DNA of 64,000 bases from Alphaproteobacteria bacterium (GTDB taxonomy: Bacteria > Pseudomonadota > Alphaproteobacteria > UBA6615), in contig JBMYRB010000002.1 of the NCBI GenBank assembly GCA_049601915.1, positions 546,800 through 610,799 on the forward strand. The letters are read 5' to 3'. A program made the position numbers and the translations under genes. The notes below the pieces were generated by a model. It saw only the letters and a program-made list of their open reading frames with translations, was not told where the DNA came from and searched no databases. How positions within the stretch are numbered: position 1 is the stretch's first letter; each line of letters opens with the position of its first letter. This document shows, in pieces, positions 56,629-64,000 of the stretch.

Positions 56629-56797
56629 GGTAGCCACCAGAACGAAACTCAATCAGTGTTTTGCCGGCGGTATCTTGGCCAACGTCCTCAACGCACCGAA
56701 GGACAAGGCCTTGACCGAGTTTGCCTGTCGAATAACTACAGAGATTGCTGAGTAGAACCTTATGAAAGGAATTCTCACACTCATCGACCTACTGGAG

Positions 56798-56914
56798 CTG
56801 AAGCGGTATCGCAAGGCAGCAGAGCAAGAGAATAAGGGCGTGCAGGGCAATCTCGGTTATATGCACGAAAAAGGGCAGGGCGTAACGAAAGACTATCAAG
56901 AGGCAGTAAAGACG
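56798..56914 (+). pseudogene. Sel1-repeat protein remnant
   Basis: YRKAAEQENKGVQGNLGYMHEKGQGVTKDYQEAVK is one degenerate Sel1 repeat; the rest of that ORF is antisense to tauD. Confidence 0.7.
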
Positions 56915-57772
56915 CTAGAACGGTTTATCGCCCTTAATGACGACCCGGTGCATCAGCCGGTGGTCGGTGTAGTCGAACAGAGCGTAGTGCAACGACAGCC
57001 GGTTGTCCCAGACGGCCAGGTCATTGCTCTGCCACTTGTGGCGATACTGGAACTCCGGTGTCCTGAGATAGTCGAACAGGTAGCGCAGCAGGAAATCGCT
57101 CTCGCGCCGGTCCAAGTCCTTGATGAAGGTCGTCATGGACTCGTTGACGAACAGGCCCTTCTTCCCCGTGACCGGATGGGTGCGTATGACGGGGTGCAGC
57201 GCGGGCGTATAAGTGGCCTTCCGGTTGCGTAGATGTTCCTGGTGGGCCTTGTTCCAGAGATCCGGGCGCACATGCTCGTCATAGGCCTTGAAACGGTCGT
57301 GATAGGCCCACAGCCCGTCCAGATGCACACGCATCCGGTCCGACAGCGCCTCGTAGGCCGCGATCATGTTGACCCAGACCGTGTCGCCGCCGCGCGGCGG
57401 GATGTCCCGGGCGTAGAGCGATGTTCCCATGCTCGGGACCTCCATCCCGGCGAAGTCCGTGTGCCAGAGGTCGAGCGTCTCGTGGGGCGGGTTCGACGCG
57501 TCATACTCCAGGATGTCGATCTCAGGATTGTCTTCGCTCTTCTCGAAGCCGGACACGGCCGACGGCTGCAGCTCACCGAACCGCCGGGTGAAGGCGACAT
57601 GCTGATAGGGGGTCATGTTCTGGTCGCGAAAGACGATCACCGTGCGGTCGAGGAGCGCCTGGTGAATCTCATCGAACTCCCGATTGGTCAGTTCTCGCCC
57701 GAGATCGATTCCCTCGATGATCGCGCCGCAGGCCGGCGACATCTCATGCAGTTCGAAACTTTCGTGGGTCAT
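56915..57772 (-). CDS. TauD/TfdA-family Fe(II)/2-oxoglutarate dioxygenase
   Basis: VFRDQ, WHTD, GGDT, HPVIRTHPVTG, WDNR..H, HR motifs; start MTHESF with GAGGGGG RBS. Confidence 0.93.
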   Translation of the reverse strand: MTHESFELHEMSPACGAIIEGIDLGRELTNREFDEIHQALLDRTVIVFRDQNMTPYQHVAFTRRFGELQPSAVSGFEKSEDNPEIDILEYDASNPPHETLDLWHTDFAGMEVPSMGTSLYARDIPPRGGDTVWVNMIAAYEALSDRMRVHLDGLWAYHDRFKAYDEHVRPDLWNKAHQEHLRNRKATYTPALHPVIRTHPVTGKKGLFVNESMTTFIKDLDRRESDFLLRYLFDYLRTPEFQYRHKWQSNDLAVWDNRLSLHYALFDYTDHRLMHRVVIKGDKPF

Positions 57773-57859
57773 CGATTTCCCCCTCTTTTCTGGTTTTCTC
57801 GGGTTCAACATGATCCTCGCCGATCGAACACGCACCCGCAAGCGCGAACGTGAACCGTG

Positions 57860-58246
57860 ACGAACACGCGCAATAAACAGCGAAAATCCGGTGACGATTG
57901 CCATCCAGCCGAGGTCGCGACCGAACATCGATTTGATGATGCCGAGAACGATCCGCTAGGACGGCGGTTCGGATTTCTCCAGTTGGCGGCTGATGATATA
58001 GAAGCCGCTGGCGATGAACGGTGCGATCAACGCAAACCTAGCCGCCAGCGAATAAACCAGGATTGTTAGATCCAACTTGATCAGCATCAGGACGAGTAGC
58101 CAGCCGCCGAGCGTATAGATTCCGCTAAAGGACAGGCCTTAGGCCGGTGCGGCCTTGAAGTCTCACAATCCTTGGCCGAGCACATTGAGTAAGTCGTCGA
58201 TGGTCACCGTCTGTGGCTCGCACCGGCCCTTTTGACTGTCGTTCAT
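57860..58246 (-). pseudogene. DUF2189-like membrane protein, three nonsense codons and 3'-truncated
   Basis: Manual translation ...VTIDDLLNVLGQGL*DFKAAPA*GLSFSGIYTLGGW...APFIASGFYIISRQLE...S*...LGWMAIVT; stops at 58163, 58139, 57956. Confidence 0.72.
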
Positions 58247-58342
58247 CGCGAAGTTCCCCATTTCGGCACAAGACTACTAGGTTCGCCCCGCGTAGCTTTG
58301 ATCTAACGCAAAGGGAGAAGGGATAGAGGTCGAAGCAGTCCG

Positions 58343-59518
58343 ATGAAAACGTCACTTGTCAGTTCCGCCCTCGTGGGCATTTTGGTCGGCTTCGGCAGCA
58401 GTATCACGATTGTGATCGCCGGTGCGCAGGCGGTGGGCGCAAACCCCGCACAACTCGCATCCTGGGTGTCCGCGATCTGCCTCGGCACGGGCGTGGCCAG
58501 CATCGTGCTCTCGTTAGGTCATCGCCTGCCGATGATTACGGCATGGTCGACACCCGGCGCGGCGCTGATTGCCGGGACGGCGGCGGCTGGTGTGCCGAGC
58601 TACTCCATGGAAGCGGCGGTCGGCGCGTTTCTGCTGACGTCGCTTCTGGTGTTGCTGAGCGCCAAGGGGCGGCCGCTCGCGGCCCTGATCGCGCGGATTC
58701 CGTCGGCGATTGCGTCTGCCATGCTTGCGGGTGTCCTGATCGGGTTTTCCGTTGCTGTGTTCGACGCGGCGACTATGGACCCGGTGCTCGTTTTGCCGCT
58801 GGTGGGCGTGTTTCTGGTGGTGCGCCTGTTCAGTCCGACCTGGGCTGTGATCGCTGTGCTTGTAGCAGGCGTTGCCTGGGCGGTTGTTCTCGGCAAGACC
58901 GAACCCTATGAAGCGAGCGGATCGCTGGCGGCCTTTGCAATGATCGTCCCGGTGTTCGAACCGGGGGCGATTCTCGGTCTCGGGGTGCCGCTGTACCTGG
59001 TCTCGATGGCCTCTCAGAACCTTCCGGGATTCGCCGTATTGCGCGCGTCCGGCTACGCGCCACCGACCCGGTCTGCGCTCGCTGTCACCGGGCTCATGTC
59101 TCTACTGACGGCGCCCTTGTGCGCACATACGACCACCATGTCCTCCATAACAGCGTCATTGTGTACCGGTCCGGACACCCATCTGGATCCGGCAAGACGC
59201 TGGATTGCCGGTGTGTTCTACGGGGCTGGGTTTCTGGTCATGGCGGTTGTCGGAGTCGCGGTGGTGGCCGGCTTTGCCACCTTGCCGCCGGGCGTGATCG
59301 TCACGGTGGCCGGCCTGGCGCTGCTCGGCCCGTTGATGAACGCACTCGGCGCTGCCCTGACGCCGGAACCGACGCGTTTCGTAGCGGTTCTCACGATTAC
59401 GGCGACGGCGTCGGGACTGTCTATCTTCGGGATCGGGTCGGCGTTCTGGTGGCTGGTGCTCGGCCTCGTCGTGGTCGGGCTCGACGAGCTGATACGGCGG
59501 CGGACAGACTTAGAATAA
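58343..59518 (+). CDS. BenE-family benzoate/H+ symporter-like transporter
   Basis: AWSTPGAAL, AMLAGVL, MASQNLPG..VLR..GY, GIGSAFW motifs; multi-TM. Confidence 0.92.
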   Translation: MKTSLVSSALVGILVGFGSSITIVIAGAQAVGANPAQLASWVSAICLGTGVASIVLSLGHRLPMITAWSTPGAALIAGTAAAGVPSYSMEAAVGAFLLTSLLVLLSAKGRPLAALIARIPSAIASAMLAGVLIGFSVAVFDAATMDPVLVLPLVGVFLVVRLFSPTWAVIAVLVAGVAWAVVLGKTEPYEASGSLAAFAMIVPVFEPGAILGLGVPLYLVSMASQNLPGFAVLRASGYAPPTRSALAVTGLMSLLTAPLCAHTTTMSSITASLCTGPDTHLDPARRWIAGVFYGAGFLVMAVVGVAVVAGFATLPPGVIVTVAGLALLGPLMNALGAALTPEPTRFVAVLTITATASGLSIFGIGSAFWWLVLGLVVVGLDELIRRRTDLE

Positions 59519-59530
59519 GTTGCGCAGGCG

Positions 59531-60130
59531 TCAACTCAGCGGAATGTCGTTGTCCGACTTGGTGGCCTGATATGTCTCGGACATCTCGTCATAGGCCGTG
59601 TGTATGGCCGCGATCTGGGCCGCGCGCGCGGCGGCCTTATCGCCGCCGATCTCGTCCGACAAATTGCTCAGGCTCTGACATGTCCAGAACGCGTTCTGGC
59701 GGGCGTAGTTGCCGTCCTCGATCTTGAACACTTCCTGCAGGATCTTCAGGTCGTGGGGGATGTTGAACGCGTCGCGCGTGTCTTCGTAGCTGAAGAGATA
59801 ATAGAAATTGTCGAACCCCACCCAGGTGATGGCTGACAGGCACAGCGAGCAGGGCTCGTGGGTGGAGATGAACACGCAGTCTTGTGTGCTCGGGCGTTCA
59901 CCTGCCGGCAGCTTGTAGAACGCGTTGAGGGTCGAGATTTCGCCATGGTTGAGCGGGTTTTCGGTCTCGGCGTTAGTGGCGGCGATGACCAGAGACAGGT
60001 CGGACTTTCGCAATATCGCGGCCCCGAACAGTTTGTTGCCAGAGGCCACGCCAGCGCGGGTGAGGGGCACAATATCGTCCTCGATCACATCGAGCAGCCG
60101 CGCGCAGAATTCGGGTGTGGTGTTGGACAT
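59531..60130 (-). CDS. Zn-dependent nucleoside/nucleobase deaminase (CDA superfamily)
   Basis: GNKLFGAAI, HGE, THEPCSLC..AI.W motifs. Confidence 0.9.
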   Translation of the reverse strand: MSNTTPEFCARLLDVIEDDIVPLTRAGVASGNKLFGAAILRKSDLSLVIAATNAETENPLNHGEISTLNAFYKLPAGERPSTQDCVFISTHEPCSLCLSAITWVGFDNFYYLFSYEDTRDAFNIPHDLKILQEVFKIEDGNYARQNAFWTCQSLSNLSDEIGGDKAAARAAQIAAIHTAYDEMSETYQATKSDNDIPLS

Positions 60131-60136
60131 CAATTC

Positions 60137-60568
60137 TTACTCCGCGCGTGCGAAGTTGGCGTGGGATGAAATCTTCCACGCGCCGTCAATTTTGCGGAAT
60201 GATGTCAGGCGCGGCGCGCGGCGGGTGGTCGTCTTGCCGTCGATCTGCAGGATGTACCGCACCACCATGACATCGCCGCCGGTCGTGACGACAAGGTCGT
60301 CGAGGAAATAGTTCTGCTGTGCATTCACGGTGCCCGCACCCCGGTTGATATAGCCGTCCCGATCATAACCAACGCTGGTTGAGCGCATGATCTGGTATGC
60401 GGACGCGAGCAGCGGCGCGACAGCGTCCGGTCCAGCGATCACGCCGTCGATGAATCCGGTTAGAAGCGAGCGTGCCGTGTCGATTTTGTCATCGGCAGCT
60501 GCGGGCGTTGTCAGAAGTCCGACTGCAAACACGGCTGCGACGAAGAAACGGGGCAGGAGGTTGATCAT
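60137..60568 (-). CDS. Secreted NTF2-like (DUF4440-type) protein
   Basis: Signal peptide (…PAAA-DD) and C-terminal FRKIDGAWKISSH beta-hairpin. Confidence 0.65.
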   Translation of the reverse strand: MINLLPRFFVAAVFAVGLLTTPAAADDKIDTARSLLTGFIDGVIAGPDAVAPLLASAYQIMRSTSVGYDRDGYINRGAGTVNAQQNYFLDDLVVTTGGDVMVVRYILQIDGKTTTRRAPRLTSFRKIDGAWKISSHANFARAE

Positions 60569-60730
60569 GGCTGACGACTCGAGTTGGAATTGGTGCATCG
60601 GCATTCGCCCAGTTTGAGGCGCGTGCGCATGACGAATCTTATCAATATCGTTTCGCGCCGTCGCGGTATGAGCGTAGTCAATTCGTTTGATGGCGATAAG
60701 CCCGTCGTGCCGTCCGCTTAATGTTTTCGC

Positions 60731-60991
60731 CTAGAACAAACCCTTGGTCATGCCGCCATCGACCGCCAGGACCGTGCCGTTGACGTTGCCCAAGGCGTCC
60801 GAGGCGAGGAATGTCACCACGCGGGCCACCTCATCCAGCTCGCCCGCACCCTCGTCGGTTATGTCGATAGCCAGCAGGCCGACCTCAACCCCATTCGCGC
60901 CCTCCGCGGCGAGTGCCATGGCCGAGGCGGCACCAAGTCCCTTGTTGCCGCCCGATGTGATTGCGTTCTTACCTTTGAGATTGAGATCCAT
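60731..60991 (-). pseudogene. SDR oxidoreductase with internal deletions (86 aa)
   Basis: N-terminal MDLNLKGKNAITSGGNKGLG and C-terminal EVARVVTFLAS...NGTVLAVDGG are kept; NNAG and YxxxK core are absent. Confidence 0.82.
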
Positions 60992-61141
60992 CGTCGCCTG
61001 CCTAGTGTTGATTTGTTGTGCGAGGGTGATAGCACTTTGGCAGTGGCGATTGTGAGCGGCCGGGCAGAACAAGCGTTTTGACCGTGCATGCGGAATGATC
61101 GGACTTTATCTGCGGGGGGTCTCCAGCTTACGATTGGGATC

Positions 61142-61945
61142 ATGATCCGCTTCGCGCCGAATTTTTATCATCTGTTCCTAGAGCTGCCGATCCGCAATCG
61201 GTTCTCCGCTGCGGCCAAGATCGGCTGCACGGCCATCGAATGGCATTTCCCTTATGAGCTGCCCAAGGACGAGCTCAAGGCGTTGCTCGACGATAACGGC
61301 CTGGAATTCATGTACTGCGTGGTCCCGGCAGACTGGGATGCGGGCGTGCGCGGGTTGGGTGCCCAGCCTGGGAAACAGGACGAGTTCCGGCGCGCGGCCG
61401 ACCAGGCGCTGGAATATATCCAGCATTGCGATTTCTACTCGATCAACGTCGGGGCGGGGCCGATACCGGCCGGAGATTCCCGCGAACGCTGCGTCGAGAC
61501 CTATATCGAGAACCTCGACTACATCGCCGCCGCGTCGGGCGACCATCGTTGCAAGTTTCTGCTGGAGCCGGTGACCGCACGGCGCATCCCGGACTGGGCA
61601 ATGCAGACCATGGCCCAGGCGCGCGACATCGTGACGGCGGTCGGTCGCGACAATGTCGGGCTCGTCTACGACACCTATCATATGCGCTATGAGGAAACCG
61701 GGACCCTTTCCGACATCATGGACGAATACTGGTCGCTGATTGGTTATGTCCAGATCGGCAACCCGCCCGACCGGCACGAACCCGGTGTGGGCGAGCTCGA
61801 CCTCTTGTGGCTGGCGCAACGGGCGATCGACAAGGGCTATAAAGAGGCCATCGGCATGGAGCTCGATCCATCAATGGACACATGGTCGAGCCTTCTGTGG
61901 ATGAACGCGCTGGGGTATACGGTCGACCCTGAAAACCGGCTGTAG
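61142..61945 (+). CDS. Hydroxypyruvate isomerase (Hyi)-family TIM barrel protein
   Basis: RFAPN, FPY, LLEP, YDTYH, QIGNPPDRHEPGVGEL motifs. Confidence 0.88.
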   Translation: MIRFAPNFYHLFLELPIRNRFSAAAKIGCTAIEWHFPYELPKDELKALLDDNGLEFMYCVVPADWDAGVRGLGAQPGKQDEFRRAADQALEYIQHCDFYSINVGAGPIPAGDSRERCVETYIENLDYIAAASGDHRCKFLLEPVTARRIPDWAMQTMAQARDIVTAVGRDNVGLVYDTYHMRYEETGTLSDIMDEYWSLIGYVQIGNPPDRHEPGVGELDLLWLAQRAIDKGYKEAIGMELDPSMDTWSSLLWMNALGYTVDPENRL

Positions 61946-62006
61946 ACTGATACTCGGAGCAAAAGACATTACCATCACAAAGCCCCTTCATGCCATTGCC
62001 GTTGCA

Positions 62007-62534
62007 ATGTTCGCATGAGCTCTTCTGGCCGGGCCTTTGAGTGCTGCGGATCTGCCGAACCCGTCCGATACGGTCGTGCTGACCACCGGTGGCGCGGTGA
62101 CCAAGCCCAACCTCGGCGCACCGGAACACTTCGCCGCCTCGTTTCTCAAGATCCAGGAGTATGACTATGCGAAGGCCGCGGCGTTCGACGTGCCGATACT
62201 GGAGGGGCTCGGCATGGTGAAGGCGACGATCAATGCCGCAACCTAGCCGCGCGCCATCACCTTGGAAGGACTGCGCCTTGTCGATGTCCTGATGGCTGCA
62301 GGATGGAATGGATCGAAGATCACGATGGTCGCCCTGGATGGCTTTGCGGTCGAGGTATCGGCCGCCGAAATTGCAGCCCATGAATGGATCGTGGCCATCA
62401 AGGCTGACGGGACGTATTGGCCCATCGGCGGATGTGGACCCGTCTGAATTGCCTATCTGGTGCCGGGCGGACAGGGGACGGAAGAAGACGATACCCGCTG
62501 GCCATGGGCTATTTATTACATCGACGCCGAATAA
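62007..62534 (+). pseudogene. Periplasmic molybdopterin-oxidoreductase-like domain protein, three nonsense codons
   Basis: One frame reads ...VVLT.GG...T*PRAITLEG..L.DVL...ALDGF...IGGCGPV*IAY...RWPWAIYYI; stops at 62016, 62244, 62445. Confidence 0.7.
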
Positions 62535-62680
62535 GGGCTCTGCACCGCGCGCATTGCACATATTCGCTGGAAACTGCCCCTTTCACTAAAAGACCCAGTT
62601 CCCCTATTGTATAATAAAAGATAACCGAGCCCGGCGGGTGCAACGCTCCTGGGTGAATAATTGGATTTGGGAGAGCGTCG

Positions 62681-64000
62681 ATGGCGAAGAAAAAAACACC
62701 CTATATGGACGATCAGTCACGGACCGATGTGCGCGATGGCATGCGGATTGACTGGGATGTGCCCATAGAGATGGATGACGGCGTTGTTCTGCGCTGCGAC
62801 GTCTATCGGCCGATCAAGAACGGCAAGTACGGCGTCATCATGACCTACGGGCCGTACGGCAAGCTCCTCCACTTTGAGGATGCCTATGCCGACCAGTATA
62901 CGCGCATGCTCGAGGATTTCCCCGAGATCGGCGCCGGCACCAGCGAGAAGTATCAGAACTGGGAGGTCGTCGACCCCGAGCGTTGGGTGCCTGACAATTA
63001 CGTCTGCATCCGTGTCGACGGCCGCGGCACTGGTCGCTCTCCGGGTGTCATCGATATCTGGTCCCTGCGAGAGGCGCAGGATCTGGCGATCTGCATCGAC
63101 TGGGCGGGTGTCCAGTCCTGGTCGAACGGCAAGGTCGGCCTGAACGGTATTTCCTACTATGCCGAAAACCAGTGGCAGGCTGCGGCGTTGCAGCCCAAGC
63201 ATCTCGCGGCGATCTGCCCGTGGGAGGGTGCGGCCGACTTCTACCGCGACATGGCCCATCACGGCGGCATCATGTGTAACGGCTTCGTCAAGGACTGGTC
63301 GGAAGCCCAGGTCTATTCGGTTCAGCACGGCAAGGGCTCGAACGGCCCGCGTTCGCGCATGAATGCCGAATGGGTCGGCGGCCCGATCACCCTGACAGAG
63401 GAAGAGCTCGGCGCCAACCGGAACAATTTCTACGAGGACTGCCTCGCCCGGAAGCTCGACACCGATGAGTTCTGGCAGTCGCGCATGCCCGACTGGGACA
63501 AGGTCAAGGTGCCGATGCTGTCGACCGCCAACTGGGGCGGCCAGGGCCTGCATCCGCGCGGCAACTTCGAGGGTTTCACCCAGTCCAAGTCCAAGGAGAA
63601 GTGGCTCGAGGTGCACGGGATCGAGCACTGGACTCATTTCTATACCGACTACGGCATGGACCTGCAGAAGCGCTTCTTCGGATACTATCTGAAGGGTGAA
63701 AAGAACGGCTGGGACAAGCAGCCGAAGGTCCAGCTTCAGGTGCGTCACCCGGGCGAGGTGTTCGTCGAGCGCCACGAGAATGAGTGGCCGATCAAGCGGA
63801 CCCAATGGACAAATTTCTATATCGATCCGTCTAATATGAGCCTCTCGACCACGCCCCCGGAGAAGAAGGGCGAGGTCACCTATGGCGGCTTTTCCGATGG
63901 TGTAACGTTCATGTCGGATCCGCTGGAGGAGGATATGGAGATCACGGGGCCGATTGCCTCGAAGCTCTTCGTCTCGTCCTCGACCAGCGATGCGGACATG
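62681..64000 (+). CDS. CocE/NonD-family hydrolase (partial; runs off window end)
   Basis: Manual translation MAKKKTPY...DVPIEMDDGVVLRCDVYRP...GPYGK...DGRGTGRSPG...WSNGKVGLNGISYYA (nucleophile Ser). Confidence 0.92.
   Translation, partial: MAKKKTPYMDDQSRTDVRDGMRIDWDVPIEMDDGVVLRCDVYRPIKNGKYGVIMTYGPYGKLLHFEDAYADQYTRMLEDFPEIGAGTSEKYQNWEVVDPERWVPDNYVCIRVDGRGTGRSPGVIDIWSLREAQDLAICIDWAGVQSWSNGKVGLNGISYYAENQWQAAALQPKHLAAICPWEGAADFYRDMAHHGGIMCNGFVKDWSEAQVYSVQHGKGSNGPRSRMNAEWVGGPITLTEEELGANRNNFYEDCLARKLDTDEFWQSRMPDWDKVKVPMLSTANWGGQGLHPRGNFEGFTQSKSKEKWLEVHGIEHWTHFYTDYGMDLQKRFFGYYLKGEKNGWDKQPKVQLQVRHPGEVFVERHENEWPIKRTQWTNFYIDPSNMSLSTTPPEKKGEVTYGGFSDGVTFMSDPLEEDMEITGPIASKLFVSSSTSDADM

Noticed and set aside
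56630-56760. Possible integrase or transposase fragment next to the tRNA
   Set aside because: Only a short open frame with no recognisable catalytic motif or terminal repeats.
57860-62534. Stop-codon reassignment or selenocysteine/pyrrolysine, suggested by in-frame TGA/TAG at Trp-like positions
   Set aside because: TGA, TAG and TAA all occur as lesions and all three terminate core genes normally; frameshifts and deletions occur alongside them.

Overview
High-GC alphaproteobacterial chromosome segment, probably Rhodospirillales-like, judged from the permuted two-piece tmRNA, the GTTC-N7-GTTC box and gene order. It is mostly core genome. The minus strand carries the dcw cluster (mraZ to a partial ftsZ, 1-17467), preceded by rnpB, an amidase, an ABC-F ATPase and djlA. 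Next come a fused 5-oxoprolinase, ggt, a frameshifted AsmA gene, fumC, sspB with ssrA, thyA-folA, mrp, hflKC-degQ, DUF1015-miaA, ilvBNC, leuA, mreBCD-mrdA-rodA and tRNA-Lys(CTT). An accessory region (56.6-64 kb) follows the tRNA, with TauD, BenE, a deaminase, Hyi, a CocE hydrolase and several gene remnants. I see no integrase, IS, CRISPR array or clearly novel multi-gene system. The best leads are: (i) a perfect LexA-type box and four reversed MraZ-type repeats upstream of dcw; (ii) a structured intergenic RNA candidate at about 36970-37185; (iii) a DUF1015 gene where serB usually lies; (iv) a Leu-rich leader with switchable pairing before leuA; (v) a C73 discriminator in tRNA-Lys; (vi) selective decay of about 9 accessory, mostly envelope, genes while core genes are intact. 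Family names come from my recognition of the translations; no searches were run.
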